From the NCBI GenBank assembly GCA_039815185.1, contig JBCBZT010000044.1, forward strand, positions 1-64,000: a stretch of DNA of 64,000 nucleotides. The letters run 5' to 3'. Made by a program: the position numbers and the translations under genes. This document shows, piece by piece, positions 8,501 through 17,289 of the stretch; the stretch's first letter is position 1; each line of letters opens with the position of its first letter. The notes under the pieces were generated by a model. The model was not told where the DNA came from and made no database searches. It saw only the letters and a list, made by a program, of their open reading frames with translations. Source of the stretch: Cyanobacteria bacterium P01_A01_bin.123. Lineage in GTDB: Bacteria; Cyanobacteriota; Cyanobacteriia; Phormidesmidales; Phormidesmidaceae.

Positions 8501-10835
8501 TGATGCATCAATTGCTGAACAGGTCAACTGGCTTCAGTATGAACTAGGCGTGAGTCAGTTTGAGCGTGAGGTGGTTTATCACAACGGCAAACGCTGGGTG
8601 CCTCGCTTCGAACCAGTGAACTGGGAAGATGGCCTTCAACCAGAACAGCCGTTTAAAGCTGGTGGTTTTTATGTGATCAGTGGAGGACTGGGTGGGGTTG
8701 GAACTGCGATCGCGCAGTATCTATTAGAATCCTTTGATGCCAAGTTACTTCTCCTGGGCCGAACTCCCCTGCCTGAACCCAAAACTTGGGAGCGTTACCT
8801 TGAAGGAAGCAACAACGCCCTATCCAATCGCATTCAAGCGTATCAGGCACTCACCCAGCTAGGGGAGATTCACTACGAAGCAGTCGATTTGAGAGATGCC
8901 TCCCGGCTAGAAGCAGTTGTTAAATCTTTAGAAGACCGTTGGCAGCAGCCCATGGACGGGATTCTGCATCTGGCAGGGGTTGCTTCAGAGCGATCGATTG
9001 TAGACGAAACCCAAGCCAGCTTCGCAGCAACACTTTCTCCTAAGCTTGAGGGAACAATTTCCCTGTCCCAATTGCTTAACCACCGACCCGAGAGTGTATT
9101 CATTAGCTTTTCATCAGTGAATGGGTTCTTTGGCGGTAACCAGACCAGTGCTTATGCTGCAGCTAATAGTTTCTTAGACGCTTTTCATCACACCTTGCGG
9201 CAGAAGAACAAGCGGCACAGCTATTGCCTAGCCTGGAGCATGTGGGATGACACTGGTATGAGCGACGGCTACCAGATGAAAGCGTTCTCTCGGGTTCAGG
9301 GTTACCATGCCATTTCGCAGCAGCGAGCGATTCAGTCCATGCTGGGCTGTCTTTATCATCAGATGGATCAGGTTTGGATTGGGTTAGATAGCAGTAAGCG
9401 CAATGTTCAACGCCACTTAAAGGCACCAACCGTACAGCTGCAAACCCTTGAAGCCTATCTAGTAACCCCAGAGGGTAACCCTAACCTGGCTCAGGTTAAT
9501 GTTTGTGATCGCTTTGGAACGCCATCTCAATGCGCATTTCATCAGCTCAATGAAATGCCCCGTACGGCAACTGGCGAGATTGATCGTGATCAGCTTGCCA
9601 GCTTTAGTCGAAGCACCACACAACAGGTGCAGCCCCGAAACGATTTAGAGCAGCAGTTGGTTCACCTCTGGCAAGAAATTTTGGGCGTTTCTCAAGTTGG
9701 TGTCCAAGATAGCTTCTTTGAGTTGGGTGGGTCTTCCCTACAAGCTGCGCGACTGTTTGCGGCGATTGATGAGAAATTTGGCAAAAATATGCCCCTGACT
9801 ACCCTGTTTACTGCCCAAACTGTTGAAAAACTGGCGAGTCTCTTAGGCTCTGAGGAAGACAATAGCCATTGGTCACCCCTAGTCCCGATTCAGCCGGAAG
9901 GCACCCAGCTACCGTTATTTTGTATTCATGGTGCGGGTGGCAATATTCTCATGTATCGAGAGCTTGTTGCCTACGTTGGCAAAGATCAGCCTTTGTACGG
10001 CTTACAAGCTGTTGGTTTAGACGGCGGGGCACCGATTACGCGTCTGCAAGAAATGGCTGAGATTTATATCAGTCACCTACGTGAGTTGCAGCCAGAAGGC
10101 CCTTACTTACTATTGGGGCTATCTGTTGGTGGCATGATTGCGGTAGAGATGGCCCATCAGCTGCGCCAACAGGGACAAGAGGTTGCTTTCTTGGGAATGA
10201 TTGATTCGCTGGGGCCTGGGTATCCCAAGCTAATGCCGGTTGTGCCGCGATTCTTTTCGCTATTGCCCTTTGCGCTGTCTCGCAATGTTCAGCGAATTCC
10301 AGTCTTCTTAAGCAAGAAACTTGGCCGAAAGCCTCGCCAGGCAGGTGGAACCGATCCGGTTGCTACTGGGGCGGTTGCCTCGGCAACTCCAAGGACTGAT
10401 TCGAAGCCAAACGCTCAATCTGCACCAGTTGTCGCCAGTTCACTGAGGTTCCCTTTGGGGTATCTAGAAACCCTAACCCTCTTGATGATCAAATACAGCC
10501 CCTGGGCGTTTGTGGTGCCGCGCTTCTATTTAGACAGCGGGCGGGCTATACCAGATAGTTTCCAAAAAGTTCAAGAAGCCACTGTTAAAGCGTTTCTGAA
10601 CTACAATCCGGAGCCCTATGATGGTGCGGCCACCTTGTTCCGAGCAGCGCAGCAACCCCCCGGTTGCTATCCTGATCCCACCTTGGGGTGGGGCAAGGTA
10701 ATCGGGAACTTAGACATCTATGACGTACCCGGACATCATGGTGAATCTCTTCTTTACGCGCAAAAGAGTCTGGAGGCCCTAGGGCCTCAGCTAAATACCT
10801 GTTTAAAGCAGACTCAAGCTCGACTTTGTCGATAA
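5577..10835 (+). CDS. Stand-alone NRPS-like synthetase: A (alpha-keto-acid type) - KR - PCP - TE
   Basis: A-domain motifs LTSGSTGMPK, NWLPFDHIG, FGMAE, GWFNTGDLG, GRAKE, PKTAIGKIQR. KR motifs ISGGLGGVG, HLAG, FSS, YAAAN. PCP FFELGGSSL. TE GLSVGG ... GMID ... PGHH. No C or KS domain. Confidence 0.9.
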   Translation: MFLKDQPVSTKDKDEKYIFIHDLKAKLAHHHQQEVSQISDEQLVETLLLDMPSVEACTVLSRQSTSGATAKIAYVVLSEPFFADRLRTHLQSVLPNEWVPQNYVPVSTLPLTADGKVDKAALEQLTVIDDDLVEDWETQLSAIAEVDQAAVVIQPSSGEEATVHISDLIPNWNRLPESESDPQVALVEDADLLEAQSSSDAVGLSYGGDLPTDPEDIKTLPAMLKRAAQVPGDRISYLQADGSAMTCSYRDLLVEAECILGGLRQQGLKPQDKVIFQLELNQDIIPAFWACILGGFIPVIMGVAPTYKEANSVVDKLCNIWKLIDQPLILTTAGLQNALQSLTQWLPATDLKVAAIETLRTHDPDQTHHDCQPDDLTFFNLTSGSTGMPKCIGLTHWNLIARAKGTNLLCHHNKDDVILNWLPFDHIGSISDWHIRCVYLACQLVYASKEYILGRPLNWMDLLARYRITHSWAPNFAYALVNDSLKQAADHTWDLSCVKSLLTAGEAVSSKAVENFIENLSIYGFKKTAVRPAFGMAEMGSGITYFQPTDVQPFLRHVVDKASLSGGGSIRRVDPDHPNCSVFTDLGPVIPGVSIRIVNAQSELLPEDTVGYLQVKGDAVSPGYYKNPEVNKEVFLPDGWFNTGDLGFISNGQLVVTGRAKETIIINGANYYNHEIEAVVETVDGVEVSYTAACAVSDGSGATEKLAIFFHAADTSETALTQLIRQVRQTVVSKIALNPDYLIPVEKAAVPKTAIGKIQRSQLSKRFEAGEFSSIVKQVDCLLKNSNTLPNWFFRKVWQPQQVSTVSAQAQPGPTLIFLDDLGVGAQLAQILGTQGYDCIRVQLGPEFKQTASSGYQINPANPEDYRCLIRAVAQTQGPIRQVLHLWSLAALKSLSAASGDSKMHQWLYSVLFLIQALEAEQRNPQPVQCLIGGNAVQSITGGDPVVAQKATVLGLIKTAAQEFDWLDCRHIDLPDASIAEQVNWLQYELGVSQFEREVVYHNGKRWVPRFEPVNWEDGLQPEQPFKAGGFYVISGGLGGVGTAIAQYLLESFDAKLLLLGRTPLPEPKTWERYLEGSNNALSNRIQAYQALTQLGEIHYEAVDLRDASRLEAVVKSLEDRWQQPMDGILHLAGVASERSIVDETQASFAATLSPKLEGTISLSQLLNHRPESVFISFSSVNGFFGGNQTSAYAAANSFLDAFHHTLRQKNKRHSYCLAWSMWDDTGMSDGYQMKAFSRVQGYHAISQQRAIQSMLGCLYHQMDQVWIGLDSSKRNVQRHLKAPTVQLQTLEAYLVTPEGNPNLAQVNVCDRFGTPSQCAFHQLNEMPRTATGEIDRDQLASFSRSTTQQVQPRNDLEQQLVHLWQEILGVSQVGVQDSFFELGGSSLQAARLFAAIDEKFGKNMPLTTLFTAQTVEKLASLLGSEEDNSHWSPLVPIQPEGTQLPLFCIHGAGGNILMYRELVAYVGKDQPLYGLQAVGLDGGAPITRLQEMAEIYISHLRELQPEGPYLLLGLSVGGMIAVEMAHQLRQQGQEVAFLGMIDSLGPGYPKLMPVVPRFFSLLPFALSRNVQRIPVFLSKKLGRKPRQAGGTDPVATGAVASATPRTDSKPNAQSAPVVASSLRFPLGYLETLTLLMIKYSPWAFVVPRFYLDSGRAIPDSFQKVQEATVKAFLNYNPEPYDGAATLFRAAQQPPGCYPDPTLGWGKVIGNLDIYDVPGHHGESLLYAQKSLEALGPQLNTCLKQTQARLCR

Positions 10836-10852
10836 TCTATGTGAAGAAACTT

Positions 10853-11953
10853 ATGTCAGCGAATACAAAACTACAACAAATCGATCAGGCTCTGATCGAC
10901 TTACTCAACCAGCGAATTACTCTACTGGCTGAAGCTGATGTCCTCGACAGACAGTGGCAGCTTGAGGCATCACAATCACAGCTAGCCCAGATGGGCGTTC
11001 CTGAATTTCTCTGGGAAAGTATTATTACCGGTTGCACCGCTGCCTTGGCAGAGATGCAACCAACTAGTCGGCAGTCTGCTATGCGCAAGATTATTCTAGT
11101 CGGTGGTCGCGGTATGATGGGGCAATTTTTTAATGCTCACCTCACTGCAGCAGGTCATGAAGTCAATATCTTGGACCGTAGTGACTGGCCAAATGCGGAT
11201 CAGATTGTCGCTGATGCAGATTTGGTTTTGCTGTGTGTCCCTCTGGACAAAACGATTTCAATCATTCAAAAATTAGCGCCCTACCTCTCGCCCCAAACCA
11301 TTTTGGCAGATATTGCTAGCATCAAAACGCCGGTGGTCAAAGCCATGCTAAAGGCACATCCAGGACCTGTCTTGGGACTCCATCCGATGTTTGGACCGGG
11401 AGTTGATTCGTTTCTCTCTCAAAAAATTGTAGTGTGCCCAGGTCGCGGTTATGATGCCTGTCGCTGGTTGCTTGACTTGATGACCCAAGAAGGGGGCGAT
11501 CTAATTACCTGCAAACCTGAAGAACATGATCAAATGATGATCACCGTTCAGGCCATTCGGCATTTTTCGACCTTTAGCCTGGGGGTGTTCTTGGCAGAGG
11601 AAGGGACCGATGTTAGCCGTAGCCTTGAGTTTGCCAGCCCGATTTATCGCATCGGCATTAATATGATTAGTCGACTATTTGCTCAAAATGGAGCTTTATA
11701 CGTAGATATTATGCTGGCTTCCAGCGAGTGCCGCGAGGCGATTTATCGTTTGTCTGAGACCTATCAGCGCCTCGCTACGTTGGTTGAGAAGAACGATCGA
11801 GCCGCTTTGGTTAATGAGTTTTCCCAGGCCCGTCAGAGCTTTGAACCCGGCGCTCCCCAAGCCCTGAAAGAGAGCAATCATCTGATTAATAGCCTCAGCA
11901 ACTTTTTGGCAGCTGATTCGATCGAGCATTGTCCTCACTATGCTTGTGCTTAA
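10853..11953 (+). CDS. tyrA: Bifunctional chorismate mutase / prephenate dehydrogenase (T-protein type)
   Basis: N-terminal CM-like helix (QIDQALIDLLNQR), Rossmann VGGRGMMG, DIASIK, GLHPMFGP, EEHDQMM..VQAIRHF. The ATG at 10853 lies 18 nt after the synthetase stop. Confidence 0.88.
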   Translation: MSANTKLQQIDQALIDLLNQRITLLAEADVLDRQWQLEASQSQLAQMGVPEFLWESIITGCTAALAEMQPTSRQSAMRKIILVGGRGMMGQFFNAHLTAAGHEVNILDRSDWPNADQIVADADLVLLCVPLDKTISIIQKLAPYLSPQTILADIASIKTPVVKAMLKAHPGPVLGLHPMFGPGVDSFLSQKIVVCPGRGYDACRWLLDLMTQEGGDLITCKPEEHDQMMITVQAIRHFSTFSLGVFLAEEGTDVSRSLEFASPIYRIGINMISRLFAQNGALYVDIMLASSECREAIYRLSETYQRLATLVEKNDRAALVNEFSQARQSFEPGAPQALKESNHLINSLSNFLAADSIEHCPHYACA

Positions 11954-12036
11954 GGCTCTTTTTACTTAAGGTTGCTCATGCATAAGAGGGCTATCAAGAT
12001 GGACTGCATCATACTATACGCGGGACAAATGACGGC

Positions 12037-13500
12037 ATGAGTTTACAACAAAAGGCTATCAAGGGTGTTGTCTGGACCTCCCTTCAAAACTGGGGAGGTC
12101 AGGCGCTTTTTTTTATTACGTTTTTAGTTTTAGCTCGACAGCTTGGCCCGGCTACATTTGGGCTGGTGTCGATGGCTAATATTTTTATTCATTTTGTGCA
12201 AGCCCTACTGGGGCAAGGTTTTGCGGATGCTATTGTGCAACGTAAAGATCTTGAAGATGAACACTTAGACACGGCTTTTTGGGCTAATTTGGGCATCGGT
12301 GCCCTGCTATTCTTACTCGGTCTAGGTACCGCTGATTTGATTGCTAATGCCTTTAATCAAGTCGAGCTTGCGCCGATCATACGAGTGTTGTCCTTCAGCG
12401 TTGTGCTCAATTCGTTTAGTAGCACTCAGCAGGCCATCTTGCGACGTCGGCTCGATTTTAAGTCTTTGGCAGCACGGAAGCTGATCGGTCAGGCAGTGGG
12501 CTGTGCCGTTGCGATCTCAATGGCGATTGGTGGGTTTGGCGTATGGAGTCTTGTTGCCCAGCAGCTACTGAACAATCTGGTGGGTACCTTGCTTCTATGG
12601 AAAATCAGTGATTGGCGTCCTGGTTTTAAGGTCTCAAAACGTCACTTCAAAGACCTGTTTAATTTCGGCATTAATGTGATTGGTATGAACATTCTAGTTT
12701 TTGTCAGTCTGCGTAGTGACGATCTCTTAATTGGGTACTACTTGGGACCAGTGGAATTGGGCTACTACACTGTTGCCTATCGACTTTTGGTAACACTGAC
12801 CCAGCTACTAACCGATACTGTTAGGCAGGTGGTCTTACCCGCATTTGCTCGCTTACAAGATGATAAAGAGAAAGTTCGACAGGCGTTTTATACTGCTACC
12901 GAGTTGATGAGCTTTGCCGCGTTTCCGGCCTTTTTAGGCATGGCTGTGCTCTCCCCCGAGCTTGTATTAGGACTCTTTGGAGAGCAATGGCAGCCTAGTA
13001 TTCCGGTCATGCAGTTGCTCGCAATGGTCGGGCTACTGCGGTCTGTCTTTAACTTTAGCGGTGCCGTCATTATGGCACTCGGCAAACCCACCTGGAATCT
13101 TATCCTGATGCTCTTAGATACTCTGGGGAAAGTGATTGCCTTTCTGATTGCAGTCAGATGGGGCATTGTGGCGGTGGCGGCCGGTCTGCTGATCTCGACT
13201 TGTATATTTGCACCCCTCAGACTTTGGGCAATTTATCGCTTAGTTCAATTAAATATTCGCGCCTATTTGACCCGGTATGCATCGCCCCTCATGGGTGCTG
13301 GCATTATGGCAGGCTCCATTTTGCTTTGCAAATACGTCCTAAGTGCATATCTGAATGTCAAAGTTTTATTGGGTCTTTGCATTGTTCTGGGGGCTGTGAT
13401 CTATTTGGGCTCTATTTTTCTAATGGCCCCCCAGTTTTACCAAAAGCTGATAGGGTTTGCACGATCGGCTGCACCAGCCTCGTTACAAAAACGTCTGTAG
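12037..13500 (+). CDS. Wzx-type polysaccharide flippase (PST/MOP family)
   Basis: MSLQQKAIKGVVW start, LARQLGPATFG, about 12-14 hydrophobic segments, DLLIGYYLGPVELGYYTVAY. Confidence 0.88.
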   Translation: MSLQQKAIKGVVWTSLQNWGGQALFFITFLVLARQLGPATFGLVSMANIFIHFVQALLGQGFADAIVQRKDLEDEHLDTAFWANLGIGALLFLLGLGTADLIANAFNQVELAPIIRVLSFSVVLNSFSSTQQAILRRRLDFKSLAARKLIGQAVGCAVAISMAIGGFGVWSLVAQQLLNNLVGTLLLWKISDWRPGFKVSKRHFKDLFNFGINVIGMNILVFVSLRSDDLLIGYYLGPVELGYYTVAYRLLVTLTQLLTDTVRQVVLPAFARLQDDKEKVRQAFYTATELMSFAAFPAFLGMAVLSPELVLGLFGEQWQPSIPVMQLLAMVGLLRSVFNFSGAVIMALGKPTWNLILMLLDTLGKVIAFLIAVRWGIVAVAAGLLISTCIFAPLRLWAIYRLVQLNIRAYLTRYASPLMGAGIMAGSILLCKYVLSAYLNVKVLLGLCIVLGAVIYLGSIFLMAPQFYQKLIGFARSAAPASLQKRL

Positions 13501-13549
13501 TGCAATTTCCCGTTTTTGAAGTGATGCTTATCTATGTTTTAAGACCTAT

Positions 13550-14494
13550 ATGACGATGATGACTACCACGCAAACTCGTATGAAAATCGATATAACCATC
13601 CCTAACTTTCTAATTGTCGGGGCTGCTAAATCAGGGACAACGTCTCTTTACTATTATCTTAAGCAGCATCCAGACATTTATATGAGCAAGTTAAAGGAGC
13701 CTCATTTCTTTAGTTTTGAAGATGAAACGTTGACTTTTCGCAGAGCTGGCAATCAGCCTGACCCGATTAATCAATCTGCGGTGACAGACTGGGCAAGCTA
13801 TTGTGCCCTGTTTGAGGCGGCAACTACTGAGCAACGCATTGGCGAAGCCTCTCCCAGCTATTTACATACGCCCAAAGCGGCCAATGGGATCAAAGCTCGT
13901 CTCCCGGAGGCAAAGCTGATTGCGATTTTGAGGCATCCTGCTGAGCGGGCTTATTCTGGATTTTTAGGTCAGTATCTCAATGGTATTGAAAAAGGAGTTC
14001 CCTATCTTTCTGATTTTGCAGACGCTGTTCACTCAGAAGAAAGGTTTGAGCACGAGAATTGGACACCGATCTTTTTCTACAAAAAACTAGGGTTTTATTA
14101 TGAACAGCTGAAGTATTATTACAGCCTGTTTGATCGTGATCAAATCCATGTTTGCTTAAACGAAGATTTGCAGAAACAACCGACTGAAACACTGCAGGAA
14201 ATTTTCAGTTTTTTAGAGATAGATAATAGTTTTGTGCCCGATACCTCCGTGAGAGCTGGTGCATCGGGGGTTCCCAAAAATCAGTTTCTCTATCGATTTC
14301 TCAAGCAAAAATCAGTGAAATCGGTTTTGAAGCCTCTCATTCCCAAAGGCTTTGGGCAAAAATTTGAGAAGGCTATGCTAAATAAGCCAAAGCTCTCACC
14401 CGAAATGCGCCAAGAACTTATTGAAGTTTATCGCGATGATATTTTAAAGCTTCAAGATTTGCTTCAAAAAGATCTGTCGGCCTGGTTGAGGTAA
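13550..14494 (+). CDS. PAPS-dependent sulfotransferase
   Basis: PNFLIVGAAKSGTTSL 5'-PSB loop, KEPHFF, GEASPSY, LRHPAERAYS 3'-PB motif. Confidence 0.9.
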   Translation: MTMMTTTQTRMKIDITIPNFLIVGAAKSGTTSLYYYLKQHPDIYMSKLKEPHFFSFEDETLTFRRAGNQPDPINQSAVTDWASYCALFEAATTEQRIGEASPSYLHTPKAANGIKARLPEAKLIAILRHPAERAYSGFLGQYLNGIEKGVPYLSDFADAVHSEERFEHENWTPIFFYKKLGFYYEQLKYYYSLFDRDQIHVCLNEDLQKQPTETLQEIFSFLEIDNSFVPDTSVRAGASGVPKNQFLYRFLKQKSVKSVLKPLIPKGFGQKFEKAMLNKPKLSPEMRQELIEVYRDDILKLQDLLQKDLSAWLR

Positions 14495-14536
14495 CAGTCT
14501 ATCTGTTTCTGGAGCAAATTTCTACAAAGAACGTTT

Positions 14537-15460
14537 ATGAAAAAGCCTAATTTCTTTATTGTGGGTGCACCTAAGTGTGGCACAACAGCCCTCTTTACCT
14601 ATCTGGGGGAACATCCTGACATCTACATCCCAGAAACGTCTGAAACGCTCGAATCGCAGCTCGGTGGGAAAAAGGAACTCCATTTCTTTGGCCATGATTT
14701 AGGGTTTAATCGACCCTCTCTGGAAGACTATCTTAATTACTATGCCAACGCTAATGGTGAGCAGCAGTTGGGGGAGTCATCGGTTTTTTACTTATATTCT
14801 CAGCAGGCTGCCGAGGAGATTAAAGCGTTTAACCCTGATGCCCGCATCATCATCATGCTTAGAAACCCAGTCGATATGATGTATTCGTGGTATTCTCAGC
14901 TACTGTTCTGGGGCGATGAAACCCTACCGACCTTTCAGGATGCGCTGGCGGCAGAGGCCGATCGCAAAATTGGTAAACGCCTACCCATCCGGGCAGATCA
15001 TCCCATTGAGTGTTTTTACTATCGAGAGATTGCTAAATATACCGATCAAGTCAAACGCTATTTTGAGTTGTTTGGTCGAGATCGCGTCCATGTCATTATT
15101 TTTGATGACTTCAAGCAGGATACGGCTGCTGTCTATCGAGATGTGATGCAATTCCTTGAGTGTCGTGAGGCGTATGAGCCTGATTTCAGAGTGATCAATT
15201 CAAATAAAAGTATTCGAAATAAACTTTTGCAAAGCTTCCTCCGCCACCCACCCAAGCTGATACGGCGATTGATAGATGCGCTGATACCTATCCCTGTCCG
15301 ACGCATTGTTCGGCAAATGTTGCAGAAATATAACACGCAGGATGGTGCCCGAAATGTCCTTGATGCGGAACTGAAGGCAAAACTGCAGTCGGAGTTTAAA
15401 TCAGAAATTGAAAACCTGGGACAATTGCTAGCTTTAGACTTAAGTCACTGGGTTCAGTAA
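14537..15460 (+). CDS. PAPS-dependent sulfotransferase
   Basis: PNFFIVGAPKCGTT, KELHFF, GESSVFY, LRNPVDMMYS. Confidence 0.9.
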   Translation: MKKPNFFIVGAPKCGTTALFTYLGEHPDIYIPETSETLESQLGGKKELHFFGHDLGFNRPSLEDYLNYYANANGEQQLGESSVFYLYSQQAAEEIKAFNPDARIIIMLRNPVDMMYSWYSQLLFWGDETLPTFQDALAAEADRKIGKRLPIRADHPIECFYYREIAKYTDQVKRYFELFGRDRVHVIIFDDFKQDTAAVYRDVMQFLECREAYEPDFRVINSNKSIRNKLLQSFLRHPPKLIRRLIDALIPIPVRRIVRQMLQKYNTQDGARNVLDAELKAKLQSEFKSEIENLGQLLALDLSHWVQ

Positions 15461-15864
15461 ACTTGCCGTCAGTATTTAATTTTAGTATCACTTTATTTGT
15501 GTATAAATAGTCTTAGAATTTACGATGAGAATCATGGGTCTATAGCAGTCAGCTTAAGTAGAAGTCGACTTGAAAGAACAACGTTGAAATTTAATTTTTC
15601 TTTAATTCAAGCGAATTATTAGGTAAACGTAAAGAATTTGTTTTGCAAGGGATATGCCAAGAAAATGGCTCTATCTTAGATATGAATAGCCTATCGTGTA
15701 TTTTTTATTATTCGCACGCTTATACCAAAAAGTGAAATTGAATAAGATGTACATAATTTGACCCCCTGACTACTACAGTTCCCCTTGACAAGTGGGACTG
15801 CAGGGGGATGATATGTGCAGCTAAATGTGGAATTGGTATTATTGCCCTATATATGTAATACATT

Positions 15865-17100
15865 ATGAAGGTCTTACATCTAAGTACATTTGACATTGAG
15901 GGAGGAGCTGCTCGGGCTGCTTATCGAGTTCACCAAGGGCTCACTGCTATTGATGGAATTACCTCCAATATGTTGGTGCGTCTCAAAAGTAGCCCCGATC
16001 CCCAGGTGATCAAAGAAAAATCGTGGTTTACACAGGCTGGCCCCTTCTTTAATAGGCTTCCATTGAGGCATTATACTCAGCGGGAACGTAAGCTATTCTC
16101 ACCTCAATGGGGTCCAGACTCATTAGCCCCAACTGTGAACCAATTGGCACCTGATATTGTGAATTTGCATTGGGTCTGTAACGGTTATTTGCGAATTGAG
16201 ACCCTCAAAAAGATTAAGTACCCCTTGGTTTGGACATTGCAAGATATGTGGCCAATGACCGGGGGTTGCCACTATAGCGAAGCCTGCGATCGCTATCATA
16301 ATTCATGCGGCCGTTGTCCTCAACTCGGCAGTACAAAGGAAAATGATCTCTCTCGACGGATTTTAGAACGTAAGAAAAAAGCCTGGTCAGGGCTGAATTT
16401 GACAATTGTGGCACCCAGTCACTGGATGTCAGACTGTGCTAAAGCGAGCAAGGTATTCCAAAACTTCAGAATAGAGGTAATTCCTTTTTGCTTAGATTTA
16501 AAGACATATCGTCCTCAAGATAAGAGTTTTTCTCGTCGAGTGCTCAATTTACCTGAAGACAAAAAACTGATTTTATTTGGAGCGTTGGCGGCAACCGCTG
16601 ATAAGCGCAAGGGATTTGACTTACTGGTCTCCGCGCTACAAAAACTCAGTAAAGCCGGGATATGTAAAGATGCAGAAGTTGTTGTGTTTGGGTCTAATCA
16701 ACCTAAGGCGCCGATTGATTTAGGCTTTAAATCCCACTACCTTGGGCATCTTAGTGATGATATTTCCTTATCGCTGGTTTATTCTGCGGCTGACGTGATG
16801 ATAGTGCCCTCTCTGCAAGAATCATTTGGTCAAACAACATCTGAAGCATTAGCTTGTGGCACTCCTGTCGTTGCGTTTAATGCGACAGGCCCCAAAGACA
16901 TCGTTGATCATGAGAAAAATGGTTATTTGGCTCAACCCTACAGTCCAGAGGATTTAGCAAAAGGAATTGCCTGGATATTAGAAGACGATGAACGACGCCA
17001 AAACTTGAGTCATCATGCCCTTAACAAAGCCATCAAAGAATTTGGCTTAGATATTCAGGCTCAACGGTATAAATCTTTGTATGAGAAAATCTTAATGTAA
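15865..17100 (+). CDS. Glycosyltransferase family 4 (WcaC-like)
   Basis: GGAARAAYR, WTLQDMWPMTGGCHY, RKGFDLL, PSLQESFGQTTSEALACGTPVV. Confidence 0.9.
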   Translation: MKVLHLSTFDIEGGAARAAYRVHQGLTAIDGITSNMLVRLKSSPDPQVIKEKSWFTQAGPFFNRLPLRHYTQRERKLFSPQWGPDSLAPTVNQLAPDIVNLHWVCNGYLRIETLKKIKYPLVWTLQDMWPMTGGCHYSEACDRYHNSCGRCPQLGSTKENDLSRRILERKKKAWSGLNLTIVAPSHWMSDCAKASKVFQNFRIEVIPFCLDLKTYRPQDKSFSRRVLNLPEDKKLILFGALAATADKRKGFDLLVSALQKLSKAGICKDAEVVVFGSNQPKAPIDLGFKSHYLGHLSDDISLSLVYSAADVMIVPSLQESFGQTTSEALACGTPVVAFNATGPKDIVDHEKNGYLAQPYSPEDLAKGIAWILEDDERRQNLSHHALNKAIKEFGLDIQAQRYKSLYEKILM

Positions 17101-17289
17101 GAATTAATATAGCTATGGTCGACGCTATTAAGGTCTTCTTAAAAGGTTAATCTAGAGCATTGTCCCTAAAAACATTTTATTGAGTTTGGTAAACCTAGCA
17201 TGCCTAACCAAATTCAAAAACTAAGCATCATATTCCTGCTCACTATTTAGTAATCTGTTCATTAGCGTTCATCGTCAGAGGGTGTTAGC

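Noticed and set aside
5577..10835. Aeruginosin or other multi-module NRPS/PKS cluster
   Set aside because: No condensation or ketosynthase domains and no Choi-biosynthesis genes. The module ends in its own TE.
1..11953. Scytonemin cluster (which also has tyrosinase and tyrA)
   Set aside because: No ScyA ThDP enzyme, ScyB dehydrogenase, ScyC or trp genes. The core here is an A-KR-T-TE enzyme.
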